Shown: piece after piece, positions 1 through 14,766 of the stretch
Numbering within the stretch: the stretch's first letter is position 1
Layout: every line of letters begins with the position of its first letter
Source of the DNA: Epiperipatus broadwayi
Taxonomy: Eukaryota > Animalia > Onychophora
Direction: 5' to 3'
Length of the DNA: 64,000 nt
NCBI GenBank assembly: GCA_028023455.1
Contig: JAQFVV010000007.1
Span: forward strand, 13,206,001-13,270,000
The notes under the pieces: model-generated
The model's input: only the letters and a program-made list of their open reading frames with translations
What the model was told of the DNA's origin: nothing
The model's database searches: none
Program-made: the position numbers and the translations under genes

Positions 1-746
1 CATCAGTTTGGAGAAAGATCCAATCATCTTTTCACTGGGATATACTCATTAATGTTCTCAAAAATATAACAGTCTATTAATATGTGAGAAAATATATTTT
101 ATAGATATAAAATTTGTCAAACTAAGAAGGAAGAGTATATGGTTTTAATTTTTTGATTGAACTCATTAGCTAAGAGTAACTTGACTTTCAATTGTTAACC
201 AATAACTCAATAGCTAGATTTATTGGTCATAGGTTGCATATTTAAAGAAATCCTAAACTTATGAAATTTGAAAAGTCTTTTTAGGATTTTAATTCTGCAT
301 ACTGATGATTTTATATTATGTTCTTTAATCTTCTTTTAAATTTGTTTTTTTTTTGTTTTTTTGACTATGAAATGTTTTTATTACAATATTCATATAATTG
401 GAGAAATAAAGTATTAATTTAGAAGCACTAAAAACTCTAATGCCATGCTTTATTGTGATAGAGCAAATGTAAATTATTGAACATGAATTGTTTTCATTCA
501 CATTCCAAGTACTTATATTGAAGATTAAAGTAGACAACCATAGAGAGCATGAAGTTTAAACAGCAGATATGGCATCACTACTTCGTTGAGTTTAAAATAT
601 TATCAAATTTACAAAAGCAAAGCTAATTGCTACTGCTTTACAATCATGGAAATAAATACCAAACAATAAAATATGTGTGGCTAAATTAACAATAGTACAT
701 AAAATGGAGAGATTAACACCTAACTTCTAAGCACTAATTGTTTTAA

Positions 747-1083
747 TGTAGCGGTGTGTGGATTCAGACTTTCAAGCACCCATCACCTATCCACACTATC
801 TCATATCTCTGATACATATAATCACTAATATACATATTTGATGCTGAACCAACACTCATTAGTTGGTCCACATTACCATTTCCCACACACATATATAATC
901 AGTCCTTAGTTTATATTAAGATAGCAAATCCTCATACTTTAACAGATAGGCTTCAATCTATTCCAACCTCAACTCTTTAGCCATACCATTGAAAATCTGA
1001 TGATAGAAATCCCAAAGTCTGAGTTCAATTTCTCTATATTTGCAATTAAGCTCCAGGTATATAAAGAATGCCTATATTTTAAA
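747..1083 (-). mobile_element. Hammerhead repeat family copy (degenerate core 824-867) with short inverted terminus at 1013-1040
   Basis: Shares blocks with the 18.4k and 26k copies (atgctgaaccaacactcattagttggtcca; atatataatcagt; attgaaaatctgatgat). Confidence 0.75.
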
Positions 1084-1380
1084 TATTGATCATTTTAATG
1101 CAACATGCATTAGTATCAAAACTGTTGATTTTCTTTATTTTTTAAGACTATAAGCTCTGCAAAAAATATAGACAATCCTTAATTAAATACAGACAATCCT
1201 TAATCAAGATGTAACGTGTATATTTTAGAATAAATATGTCTAATTTAATAAATGATTAGTAATAATTATTAATGTATTCATATGAAGTGATTTATGTCAG
1301 AAGTATTTGCACAGAAATAGAGACACTTATAAATCAAACTATCATTTTTTATATATAAATATTAAACAATATGTAAAAGA

Positions 1381-1540
1381 TTGTGGTCTAAGCCAGTTGA
1401 TTAGTTCTGGTTTAGCATGAGCTGCATTTCATGGAGGTCATTTGTCTTTTTCAGATACATTTGTTCATATGGCTCAGGGATGTGTGGAGTTAATGGAGGT
1501 TTAAATATATAACGTATATGACATTAAGTTCAAATATATC
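1381..1540 (+). mobile_element. Partial inverted copy of the hammerhead repeat family
   Basis: agccagttgattagttctggtttagcatgag...tttgtctttttcagatacattt...aagttcaaat is the reverse complement of the family terminus. Confidence 0.55.
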
Positions 1541-1733
1541 AAAAATACATATTATGACATTATGTTATTCCATGTCTTTATGTCCAATCCAACCTCAAAA
1601 ATGAAATGGTTACAAAATAAATACATAGAATGAGAGAGGATGGTTTAGCTTTCATGCTAATGGTAGGTTGTGATATGGTAAAATTGAGATAAAGAATGCA
1701 CTAATAAAAATCCAAATTTTAATATATATATCT

Positions 1734-2046
1734 ATGTTCACTAGAGGGAGCTTACCAATAGCTCCAATCAAGCTTTAATTTATAAGTGCCAAAAAAGAAA
1801 AAAATCAAAATCACTATCGGAATGTCCTCATCCCCAGACCAATTTGTTTTGAGCTTATGACTCACCTCAGTGAGGAGTTAGGAATCTAGACACTAGATCT
1901 AAAATACCAACTCAAAAGTCAGCATTTATCTAACACATTACTATTAATTTGAAAACCTGAATTTTTCAGACACATAAATGTCTTCAAATCCAACTTTACA
2001 AACCAGATAGCTATATGGGTCTGAACTCACTTCAGCTTCACCATAT
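1734..2046. mobile_element. Truncated, oppositely oriented copy of the 2114-2596 MITE
   Basis: Reverse complement of ~2243-2554 (e.g. cttcaaatccaactttacaaaccagatagcta vs tagctatctggtttgtaagactggatttgaag). Confidence 0.75.
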
Positions 2047-2113
2047 ATGAATAGCCTCAGCAATACAACATCATAAAATTGTTAAAGGGTACACTTATAA
2101 TAATTAATAAAAC

Positions 2114-2596
2114 AAGACACAAATTGTGTAACTTTCTTTTATGATTGTATTAAAATGTTCATCAGAGGTAGCTCACCAATAGCTCGACTCAAGCTTTAAT
2201 TTATAAGTGTTAAAAGAGAATGAATTCAAAATCTCTATCAGAATATGATGAAACTGAACTGAGCTCAGACACATGTAGCTATCTGGTTTGTAAGACTGGA
2301 TTTGAAGACATTTATGCGTCTGAAAAATTCACTTTTTCAAATTGATAGTAACATATTAGGTAAGTTCTGACTTTTGAGTTCGTATTTTAGATCTAGGGTC
2401 TGGAGTCCTAACTTTTCACTGAGGTAAGCCATAAGCTCAAAGCCAATTAGTTTGGGAATGGGGATATTCTGATTAAAATTTTGAATTCTTTCTCTTTCAG
2501 CACTTATAAATTAAAGCTTGATTGGAGTTATTGGTAAACTCCTACTAGTGAACATTTTAATACAAGCTTAAAAGCAAGTTACACAATTTGTGTCTT
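2114..2596. mobile_element. MITE with ~133-bp terminal inverted repeats
   Basis: The left arm aagacacaaattgtgtaactt...cagaatat (2114-2246) is the reverse complement of 2464-2596. Confidence 0.75.
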
Positions 2597-2653
2597 ATAT
2601 ATATATATATATATATATATATAAGATAATAAGACACAAATTGATGAGTTATT

Positions 2654-2695
<42 letters not shown>

Positions 2696-3443
2696 AAAAT
2701 AACTCATCAGCAATCCATTTTATTATTAGGCTACCATTGAAATGAACGTTTTTGTTATGAGATAATCAATGATCATGTTATGACAAACATACCACCAGAT
2801 GAATTTTTGAATTATTGGTCTTCCTCATTATGATTTTTTACTTAAAATTTTAACAGATCATAGATGGAAATAAAAATACTACAGCAAAACTGTTAAAAAG
2901 TAAATAAATTTTGATTTTCAACATTGCTATAAAATTTTACATCAGTCTCTCTAATTAAGAATTTTTTTATTTATGTGGACACAACCATCGTTAATGAATT
3001 CATGATATATACTGTATCATTATATACTACTTCACTTATATGCTTTCAAAAAGTGTGGATAAACAAAATATAAAAACATTAAAATTCATAAATATATTTA
3101 TGATATGACAGCAGTTATTTTATTGTCTCAAAACATAGTGTGAAATCAAATTTTTATTGTTTCTTCAGCTTCCATTGAAAGGATATATATTTTACTCATC
3201 ACTTTTTTAAACATAAAACTAAAAGTTTTATCAATATCTTTCTTAAGCAATAAAATGAGAGTTATCAATTTTGTAGTGGAATAAAGGAAGAATTGTAAAA
3301 TGCTTTTGTATTGCATTATAAAACTTAAAGTTTGAAGAATTTAATTGAAAATCTAAAATGGGTAGTGGCAACTAGTGGTCATTATATAAATTACAAAGTT
3401 AATACAAACTTAAAACAACAAAATGACTAGAGAGACTCTAGTC

Positions 3444-3977
3444 CAGTGTTCTTCAACCCTTGGTCCGTGGCCCGGTGCCGGGCTGCAAAACTTTTCTACA
3501 GGTCTGCATGCTAGATGGGCAGTAAAACGTTTGTAATAATAAATAATAAGAGTTTAAACTTTTAATTAATATAGCCAATTTTTATTTATTTATTCATCTC
3601 ATTTTTATCCAATTAAAAAAAAAAGTAAACAGAACGAAAACAAAATCTAATCAATCATTCATAAATTAATTTGTTTTTTTAGTTATCACAGATGTTTATG
3701 GGGGGGGGGGGTAGAATTAAATTTTTTATTACTTTTCTAAAAAAATTTTAATAAAAGCTTTTTATTATATAAACTCCATATATATATATATATAAAACTT
3801 TATCTTATATATTTAACATTGTTGTTTTGATCAGTTATAACAATTATGCTTATCTTTAAGAAAATTTATCTATAGACTTCTGCCGGTCTGTGAAATCTTA
3901 TTCTTATTTTTGCTGGTCCGCAGAACCTTATCCTTATTTTTACCGGTCTGCAGGTGTAAAAAGGTTGAAGACCACTG
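3444..3977. mobile_element. hAT-superfamily (Charlie-like) non-autonomous element / MITE
   Basis: TIRs are cagtgttcttcaacc and ggttgaagaccactg. A perfect 8-bp TSD ctctagtc lies at 3436-3443 and 3978-3985. Confidence 0.9.
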
Positions 3978-4244
3978 CTCTAGTCTATATATAACAAAAC
4001 TGCTATTATATTTCTATAGGGAAAAACTTATTGAATAAAAGGGATATTGCCCAGATCTTTAAATTCTGATGAAGACTTCACTTCACTATTCATTTGAAAA
4101 TAAATATCTAGTGCAGTGATGTTTTATTATTTTTTGAAAGAATGTAAGTGAATGCATATACAATAAATATGTATGTTAATGTTCCACAACTGTTTATTAT
4201 AGGCAACTACATTATTAATATTTTGATTCTGTTTACACTAAAAT

Positions 4245-4247
<3 letters not shown>

Positions 4248-4318
<71 letters not shown>
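4248..4318. repeat. (TA)n microsatellite (others near 2597, 2658, 25198, 27991, 36833, 40469, 50403, 53038, 53444, 59031, 59960)
   Basis: Direct reading. Confidence 0.95.
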
Positions 4319-4321
<3 letters not shown>

Positions 4322-6777
4322 AACCAGCCTATGTAAATGCCATTGTTTTTTTTTAAATTGGTTACTTTAACAAATTTTTTTTTAGGGTTTAATGTAAATT
4401 AAATAAAAGATTTTAATATTATATAAATAAATGTGGGAAATGTATGCAGTCTAAAACGTATTCTTACTCAGCAAAATATTAATACATTTAACTTTATCAA
4501 TAACTTTATCTGGATGACGATTAAATATACAACCTGTCCTTCAAGGCCATCATTATCTGACAACGTATTAATAAAGCTAAATTTAAATTTTTAAATATAT
4601 TAGTTATATTTAATATGTGAATTTGATAGCATTATGGACAACTACTTTCTAAAAAAAAAATACATGTTTTAATGGCAGAATTACTTCCTTTGTATAAAAT
4701 AATAAAAATTAATATTAAATATAAAGTGTGGAATTACTTCCTTTGCATAAAATGCTCATAATATAAATTATAGCTTAGTTAAATATAGTTTTTTTATTTT
4801 TCAATGCTATCAAATTTATCATTTTTGTAATTTGTTAAAGCAAACAATTGCACAACATTGCGGACAAACATTCATTCAGACAATAGACAAAATAGGGATT
4901 TTGTTATTATGATATATGCTTTCTTTACATACAAAATATAACTAAGTTATACACATTGTATGTGTGTGTTGAAAAATTATGCACATGCAGTTCTGTAAAC
5001 AATACTTATTCTATAGTAATCATAGTTATGCAAGAGTGCTTGGAACAAAATATAGCAGATTGTGTATCTCCATTATATTTATATGAAAGCTAAATATTAG
5101 TATATATGCAATTGTTTTATATGCTGCCAAAAACATTATTACTGAAGATCTTTTGTTTGACTGTTCAATGTAGTACTATCATTTTAATAGAAATGAATTA
5201 AATGGGTAGACATAAGTTTTTGATTAGCAAACTTATAAGCTATTGATTTGTAGAAGACTTTCAATTGAGAAAAGATGCAAAAGAAAACCAATAAAAGAGG
5301 AAAAATAACTACTACTTTGATAAAATAATTAATAACTCTGCAATGTCCAAGACCATTTTGTGCTCAAACATCTTTTGATCAAGTAATGACTTTGAAAGTG
5401 ATGTGTTGTTATTAACAAAATGTGAAACCTGCTACAAAACAAAAGTAACTTCTTACTAATATGATTAAAAAAAGTGAAGTATCATGTTTGGATTAATTTC
5501 AATACATCTTTAAATTGAATATTTTCAGCCCTAATTTAACATTTTCCACCAGTATACAAAATTGAATAGCTTGTGCTACTATATTAATCAAAGTATTATA
5601 AGTTTGTTTACATTGCTTTTTTTTAAAATCTGATGTAAAGTTTAATTTTTTATAAAAAGTTATTTATCATATCTGTTTACTGTTAAGTAAACATTTTGTC
5701 CCAGACAGTTTAATTCCTCGGTGGTAATGTTATACTTCAATAGTTTTCAATTTATATCTGAAAATAGTTTGACTACCATTGAAACATTATATATGACAAT
5801 TATTATGTAACTCTTAAAGTCAAAAAAAAGAATAATTGACGATTAATTAAGAAATCTACATTCAACATATAAAAGTTATGCACGATATAAACAATGCTAT
5901 AGTAGATGAATCAAAATTATTTTATGGTACACGTGTCTTGTGGTTTTCATACTATATATTGTCATAAAAGTATGAAGGTTTTTACAAACTTAAATACTTT
6001 GACGTTAAAGTATAGATGTATAACATAAAAAGCTTATGTAGCATATATAAATACATATCCACGTTATGCAATTTAGAAAATGTAATTTTTTTAATTATGT
6101 GTAAAATAATTTTGTAGTAAAATAATATTAAATTTATTTCTATTTTTTCTTTCAAGATTAACAGAAAATACCTGACCTTTTTAATAACTGATTTTTAATT
6201 TTAATTCTACTTGATAAACATCTTTGTATTCCCTATGTGCTTAAATTTTGAAATTTGATAAACTAACAAAAAATAATCATTATGAAAATTGACTAACTGA
6301 TACCACATTACAGCATTTGAAAAGTATCATGTCACAAAGTTTTGGAATGTTTAATGCATAAATGTATAAATATTTTTTTAATAAAATAATTTTTAAATAT
6401 TATATTCATCTCTCAATATATATCTACAGAAAGAGTGAAACGAAATCTGTTTATTTGTATATACATTTTAGAAGTATCATTATGCAATGCTTTCTGTAGT
6501 TTGCTGTCCGTAGAAGAGTGGCAGATTAATAAGCTTTCAGGTCCACCTAATTAACTTCTGTAATTTCCAACTCTCAATTTCTTATGAATTTTGAGCGTTA
6601 AAATAGTACGAATATTTTATTATTACTCAATAAGTATATATATATGTGTGTGAATTTAAGTATTTTGCACTTTTTCATATTTTTAAATACTGCTTATTTT
6701 TCTAACCATAAACATCCTATCCACCTTAATTAAAAATTAACTTTATAAGTTAAACAACTGCATATCATAATTGATTA

Positions 6778-6888
<111 letters not shown>

Positions 6889-6929
6889 TGTTATTGTTGT
6901 TATTATTTAAATAAAAGTATTCACTATTT

Positions 6930-7320
6930 GCAAAAAAAAAAACAGTCTTAAAGAGTCTGCTTCCGAAAAAAGACTTCTTCTGCATCCTTCCATAGGATAA
7001 CAGGAAAGGGAAGATATTACTCCATAAATTAACTGCTTAACTTCTTTGATAAATAATTTATTGATCTTAGAAAGTCTAGGAATCTTTCTCTAGCATCCAC
7101 TTTCAAAACTTCTATCTTCTTGTTATTTTTATATAAAGTCCAACTTTCACAATCGTGTATAATACCAATAAGGCTATTAAAATGGTAATTCTAACTTCTC
7201 CTTTTATAGAAACACATCTATGTCATTAAATGCATTGACAGTGTAATAGAGATAAGAGTTACCAGTTCAAAAACTAAAGACTATTCTATCAATTTTGCTG
7301 TTCAAGATCATATGACCTGT
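6930..7320 (-). pseudogene. Degraded RTE-like LINE ORF2 3' fragment
   Basis: The minus-strand translation GIIHDCESWTLYKNNKKIEVLKV resembles the RTE motif LYGCESWTL...KKIEAFEM. Confidence 0.5.
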
Positions 7321-10300
7321 TGAGCAACTAATCACTTTTTTACATTTTTATGTTTTATAATTGGAGTTAGTAATCCCAAACAGATTTAGGCATCATAATT
7401 TTTAGTAGATTATACACATACAAATGTATATATATATGTAACAAAGATTTTCACAGGTGAAAGAAATAGAAGTTTCTGAAGAAGCCATGAAGATTGTACA
7501 AATATAAATCTTTCTGGAAAAGAGAATTTGCCCTTAACTGGAATGAAATGATGTACTGTAGTCTCTGCAAAGATGTAAATAGGCATAAACAATTAATTAA
7601 CGTCTGTAGAAAGAAGTGGAACAAATAATATGATAGGACCAGATTGTACTATTTTTATTTTATTTAAATCAAAAGTCAAGAAAGATAATAATGTTATATT
7701 TTATTCTTTTTAGGAACATATAGTGTTTTGTTACAATAAAGAAACAAGTTTGAGCAATAACTTATAGTTTAAACGATCATAGTTATTAACATTGTTTTTA
7801 ATATAAATTAATATTAATCCAAAAATATATATAAAATATATAATTATTCAGCCAAACTAATATTCTTATACTTTATTAAATAAATTTGTATTAATTGTAT
7901 AAAATTATTTACTCATTAAATATGTTTAACATTTATAACGAAAGTTTAATAATAGTAAAAAGTATGTAATTATTTTTTGATATTTTTTATATTAAATTTT
8001 CATTATAAATGTTAAACTAATTTTATTCTTAGACTTTTATTTTATATATATATTTAATATTTATGAAAAGCTTCGTTACTATAAAGGTAATAAACTTCTA
8101 TACATATATAGATATGCTCTATGAGGTATCTTAAGCATAAAATAATAAAATCACTCCCTGGTTTATTTAGTTTAATGCATTTTCGGTGCTAATGCATTTA
8201 GTCGAATGAAACTTAGAGTGAATGAAACTTAGAGTGCTTTTATTTTATGCATCAGATATCTCATAAAACATATCTATATATGCACCAACATCAAAAATGC
8301 GTTAATTAAGCTAATTAAAACTTGAGGTGTCTTTTCTTTATTTTATGCATCGGAAAACTTGTTAAGCATGGTCTACTTATAACGTTCGAAGTTTATTATT
8401 ATATATATTAAATGTGAATAAAATAAGAAAATAATGGTAATAAAAAAACAATTATCACACATACCTATTATTTTAACATAGATATATAAATGATAGATCT
8501 TATAATGTATCAATAGTGTACACCCGCAATGTCAAAATTCAATCCGATTCAAATCTAAATCAAATAAATATGCCTTTTTTTTTTTTTGGTGAGAGTTTGC
8601 AGCCAATATAGTGAATCATCCAATAACGGTCAGTAAGTGGATATCTAGCTAGTTAGACAAAGGGTAGAAAAGAGTTGTTATTGCTGTCGACTTCATATTT
8701 TTAATAATTGGAAAATTCTGTTTCGCAGTAATATATTTAATGAGTGTTTTTTTCTTATCTATCTATATATATATACACACACACATAATATCCTTATGCA
8801 AAAAGATGTATTTTACTTCATAAATAAATAAAAACATTTTTTTCTTTTTCTAAAAAAATAGCTGTCACTAATGAAAAAAATTTTTTTTTCTCATTTTCAC
8901 CTGTAAATGTGACTAGTTAATATAGAACATTATATTATTATTGGGCTGAGTTGATGGTTTTTGACAATATCTATTTGCGAAAACTAGTTGCAGTTGGAAA
9001 TCTTAATAAAATTCAACCCCATGCTGACCACATGTTGTTTCTTGGTTAATCGAAGCTGCTCCTACCTTTCAGTAGATATTAACCGGGTCGCCTCTAGCTC
9101 TTTTTGATTGGCGATAACACTAGGCTAGAAGCTGTATATACAATAAAGAAAAAAAATGTAATCATAACAAATAACTAGTTGTTCATTTTGAGGGATTAAT
9201 GTCTTATATGTTAACTTTATGATAGCATTACTGCTAAACATCAAACGCTTTTAGTTAAGGAGATATGTGTGTGCATGTACATTAGCATTAGTTTTTAATA
9301 TTGGTAATTTTATGTTCGTAATTATGTAGTAATAAAAAAAACTAAAACTAAATATCTAATTACTCTTTCGTCATAACCAAAAACTTAGTTTATCATAATT
9401 TCTTAATTATTACCTTAAAGGAGTTTTGGGCACACGCGTATATATATATTGATTGTAATTAAAATAATCAGTTCATAATTTATAAAGCATTTGATGAGAA
9501 AATAATTAGACTTTAAATAGATATCTCAGGTTTTTTGCCCGAATATCTCGTTTATTTATTTTAATAGAGTGGTAGATACTGGAGTTCAAGTACTGTGTAT
9601 TGCGTCTCAGTTCTGTCACTTATAGTGCTCAAACTTTCTGTAATCACTCATTTATTTTTTAACTATAAATTGAATTAAAATCTAATATATAAAAAGATAA
9701 TCGAATGTTTTACTACTGTGAGTTTGTAATTAGTTGATGCACTGAAAGAAGAAGTGTAGGCACGATTGATCATTCTTGAACAGCACGGTTTGCCAATCTA
9801 CAACCATCCCCAAAAGGCAATCTTAAATATAGTATAGCAGAACATATAAAACTAATCTCGAATATCAGAAATAAACAATGGTGTCACTAGTAAAAATTTC
9901 TAAGGTAAAAGAAATAGCAAACAGTTTTTCATACATTTTACAACCTTCATTTTATATATATATATATTAATGTTTGCCAAGTAGATTTTCTGCAAGTGTT
10001 TTTTTTTTTTTGCAAAAGAGATCCAATTAGAATATGAATATACCCATGACTTTATTAAGCCTTTTTGGTCTACATGTTTTGTGCATAGATGTCATCCATT
10101 ATGTAGCTTCTTTGTGCTTTTTGGAGCAGTATTAGAATAACTGACCCAAAAATTCCTTAACTGATTCTCAGAAGGACATGTGACATACAAGCATCAGAAG
10201 AGAGATTATATTTTGGTCCAAGCTCTAATTACTTTAATGGTACACTGCACAGCTGAAACAACATGGTTAGTCATTTAAATGGGGTTGTAAGGCTCAACCT

Positions 10301-11429
10301 ACTGTCAGAGCACTCAAATATTACATATCTTCCTGAGTGATTCACTATACAACTATAACTGTGTGATTCTTACATTGCTTTGACTACTTCAAAATAAATG
10401 AAAGTACTATATTTTATTTCTATTGTTCATAAACAAATGTGTTAATCCCAAAGCACAGTTTTTGGCATCCCTACACAGAGAAAATTCACACTATTTACAC
10501 ATTACATATATATATACTATCATGCACAAGCTCATATATACACATAGTTATTTATGAATGTAAATTATTTTTTAAAAAATATTAATAAATACTACCAATT
10601 CCCGAACCATATGATTATTACTAAGATCTGTACACAAGAAAAATTACTATATTTTCAATACAAAGTTTATTAAAAATTAACATTAGTGACTTTTGCTTTA
10701 GCAAAGTTTTGGTTTAATTGAACTTATAATATTCATGTTATATTCAGTGTGTGTTGGTTTCTAAAACATTCATGACATGGTCACTAGGAAGGGATAGATA
10801 TAAATGCAAATTATTTCAGTATTATGTATACAATTTAATTTCAAACATTTTTGATATTTTATTATGATTTTTAAAGTATTACCATTACTTGATATTTTGG
10901 CTGTTTGTTTTTTTTTTCAGATTTATTTCCATGGATAAATTGAAATTAAATTAAAATGCTAACATTTATTTATTTGTAATATTCTAATAAAATGTATTTA
11001 ACATTTAATGGGATTTTTCTACAATTGAATAATAAAGATTGAATGATGACTTTTTTTTTTTTTAATTTAGTTTAAGAATCGTATTGTCGCTTTTTGGGTG
11101 ATCAACTACTGTCTAAGAACATCTTACCAACAATAAGTGCCATTTAAAAACTAATATTAAAGATTGTTGCTATTAACAAAGCAACAACTACATTTGCAAT
11201 AGTGTTAAAAAGAAGAATATTTCACATGAAAATTATCAAACAAAATAAAAAGCCATCTACCTACAATGCTAAAAAAGGGGTTACTATTAAATTGAAATAC
11301 AATACTTTTTTCATGCTTGTTTTTTAACAGTCTACCCATGATCCTATTCTAAGAATTTAAGTGAGAACAGTTTAATACCCATGCTTTGAGTAGGTATATT
11401 TATGAGCATCAAACAAGTTCAACTTCAAG

Positions 11430-11686
11430 CACCAATCTTACCAATTAATAAGAATTATACCCTTCAAAAACAAAAGAAAAGGTTCAGTGGACCTTTTTGG
11501 GTGCCTTATTCAGACTAGCTCAGTTTCAAGATCTGGGAGACAATGTCTATTGGGAGAATGAAACCAAGGTTATCTTACAAAGAAATCTCATTTATATACT
11601 TTTATAATTTTTCTTTCTGCCCTATGAATCTTATTGTTTTATTTCTTTTAGAGATATACAGTCATGAATATCAGTAAGCTTTTATA
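11430..11686. repeat. About 255-bp direct repeat, copy 1 (copy 2 at 14767-15024)
   Basis: Both run caccaatcttaccaattaataag ... atcagtaagcttttata with scattered substitutions. Confidence 0.9.
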
Positions 11687-12899
11687 AATAATAACCCAGA
11701 AATTATAAGAATCTCGTAATCCAAATAAATATACAAGTTATAGCTTAAAATTCTAATATTTATTAATACACGTATATACTAATAACTCAATCATGTGACC
11801 CAGTCATTCCAATATATATATACATTCACGAAAGAGTGCAACTATGCCTCAGAGTTGTATTTATTAAATAATTTAATCTATTTTCTATAATTCTTTCTTT
11901 AAGTTTGGACAAAGCACATATTTCTTAATGTATTACCAGATTATTATATGTTCATTCAATATATATAGAGAAAGTCATACTTACCTCTTTTGAGGATGAA
12001 CATTCATGTATTTAAGGCAGAGGATCTATAAGCTTGTAGTATGACAATTGTCTTGGCAAGAGTTGTCATCTGAAAGATGATGAAAGATTTCATAACATTT
12101 ACACATATGATAATCCATCCTAGAGGTGTTAGGTGGGTGATTCTAAAATTGAGAGCACAAAAGTTCTTGTTTGGAGCTCCGCAATCACTTCACTTGCTTG
12201 AAATAGATGGCTAAAATCTCCATAAATAAAGGTAGTAGTGGTATGCAGGTCACAAATAGCTATACAGTGGGCCAGTTTAACGAATCCCCATGATTCTTTT
12301 ACCACACCATTTCAGTGGAATGCATTCTTATTAATTTTTATTAATTAATAAAATCACTTTATTAAAATTTACTTTCCGTGCTTCTTTCTCTATAATGGTC
12401 ACTTTTCCAAATTACTACTCAATCAAAAAGAAAAAAATTCTTTTCTTTTATTTCTTTTTTACCTCATCTTTTTTTTTTTTGTCTATTTACATGACGAATG
12501 ACCATTATCTCAGGAATGTTTTAAGCAGAATCATGTTTCCATTGTCCTAAAATACTTAGTGGACAGTTCATGGCATTCTGACAAGTGTCATTAATAGAAA
12601 TCACCCATGGCACAACTTGCAACTTTTTTTATTACTCTGTCCAGCCTTATATTTTAATTTGCTTTTGTTAAGAAACATGCACTACTAATGACATTATTCC
12701 AATAATTATAACTTACGGTAATAAACAACAAAATATATAAAATAAAATAAAATACAACTCTGCACATAACCGCTCCTCTTCATCTTCACATACAAATCTA
12801 TCTGTTAGTAATTAATTCTACACAACATCACAACAACATATGTAATCAATATATATGAATACATTCACACCTTTAAATTTTTAAGGTATTTCACTTACA

Positions 12900-14280
12900 C
12901 TCTTTTATAACATGGCTCAAATGTATATCTATAAATTTCATACATCTATTAATTCAATCCATAATAACAACTGCTATAAACACTCTTTTGTAATCATAGT
13001 GCCTTTTACTTCCTTTAGTACCCATATTCGAACCCAGCTACTGTTACAATACCCCCTGGTGCAATAGCCTTTAAATACCATCTGTGTATTTGAATGGCTT
13101 CTTAACTGACTCTTACCTATCCTTTATCCCTCTCTGGATTTGTAATTAGCTTGAGTGACCAAGCATTGTATGACCCCTTTACTTGACTGTAATTTGGCTT
13201 GTCTAATGGACACCGAGCTTGTGGCTCATACTGCCATCTCAGTTCGTAACTGTCATCACCTTTTTTCTATACATTGTATTCCCATCAGATCATCCTTCTT
13301 CCATCCCAAGCCTAGCATGGTGATAATCTTAGACTTTCTTTCCTTGTTCCAATGGCACGCTATGGTCATACGCGCTCATGTCTAGTGCATTAAGTAGTTC
13401 TGCCACCTCTCCAAAAAATGCCATTCTCACCCCCAACATCCTTCTTTCTACATTCATAAACATATTGTGCCTTACGATGTGAATGGTGTGACTTTCTGTC
13501 CAATTACACGTGTCCAGCATCCTCGGTCTTGCCACCTGGTGATGGAAAGAATTGAGACAAAATTTTCTTGCTTTCCTTTATCATATTTCTCTCACATAAC
13601 TTGGTATTGCATGAGCTCCTGGCAATCTTCCAACCAGAAAGTCTTCCTTATCTTTTTCTGGTACTCCTCAAAGGTTGTAGGTTGTTGGGACAATGAGTCC
13701 CACCATGCTTAGGCATTTCCACTTAGATTATTACATGCTATCACTAATTTACTTTCCTCTGGCATGAGATTCATCCCAAAGTATTTTCATATGCTTTGCA
13801 TATGCTCCATGTGAGCTTCCTTCATTTGGCCTTCAAATGGCCGTATCTTCAAGAACTGGTTCATGTTGGTATGCATCACCATACCCATACATTTTACCAT
13901 GTTTCCCAGTCTTTTTGCCTTGCAGGTCTTTGGCTTCCATTTTACATTTTCCTCTCATTCATCTAAACTCCCCTCTATTTCTTTATTGTTCGACTTCTTG
14001 GCATTTTCCTTATTTTCTCCTTCTTTTCATACTCCCTTGACTACTTTCGCTTTCCATCCCTAGTCTCCATTCTATATTCTAAAATCTTATTTCAAACCTC
14101 TCATCCATTTCCTGAATTTGGAGTTTCAGGCTTTCTATTTTTTCTAAAATTATCTCCATTATGCTTAGTTCTTTCTTTTCCCCATCAACTGCAGTTCCAC
14201 TTTCTGCTTTTTTTTTACTTTATTTTCTTGGTACCTATTTATTCTGTTAGTGTATATTTATTACTATTCAAACTAAATGT
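12900..14280 (-). pseudogene. Degraded non-LTR retrotransposon ORF2 fragment (RT C-terminus plus RNase H; I/R1/Loa-like)
   Basis: The minus strand gives KYFG (~13780, KYLG-like), RPRMLD...VERRML (ORF 13329-13535) and YTDG (~13080, RNase H IYTDGS-like). Many stops and frameshifts. Confidence 0.5.
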
Positions 14281-14766
14281 GTCCTGTTTGTCACCTTAGC
14301 TACCAGTGGTACACTGACTCACTCACCTGATAAACCTTCCTCCACTCATTTCTACCCTTATGCCCCTCTAATCATCAAAGTTGTCTGGTTTTTCCATTTT
14401 TCCATACTACCTTTTCAGAAAGATATTGTTTGTAATATCCCAAATATTGCTAAAATCCTTAAACCCCTATTTTATGAATTATATGACTTTATATATTTCA
14501 CTGAACAAACATTACCAATCATCAACATTATTTTCTATTCTGACTACTTGAGAACTTTTCTGTAAGTATATCTATATATCACAAAATATGCCATCATTTA
14601 AATATATTTTTAAGCTTGTCGTAATCACTTGGTTTTTATCTGACTGACCAGATAATACACGGATGTGATCTTTTTTTGTTTTCTTTTTTTTTAAAAAAAA
14701 AATCAATATTCAACTTTTGTTGGGAAGCCTTTTTAAATTTCATTCTCCAAACTTTGCCATCTCAGT

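Noticed and set aside
991-1010. Plus-strand gaaaatctgatgatagaaa in family copies as a second hammerhead
   Set aside because: There is no stem II between CUGAUGA and GAAA and no stem I/III pairing.
4148-4336. Short ORFs containing YIYIYI, YYYY or NNNN runs (also 6743, 25137, 59865, 59885, 60780)
   Set aside because: They are translations of (TA)n or (AAT)n microsatellites.
11985-12069. Minus-strand exon with good splice signals (ctttcatcatctttcag acceptor; AG|gtaagtat donor)
   Set aside because: All three frames contain stops and no partner exons were found. It could only be non-coding, which I cannot support from sequence.
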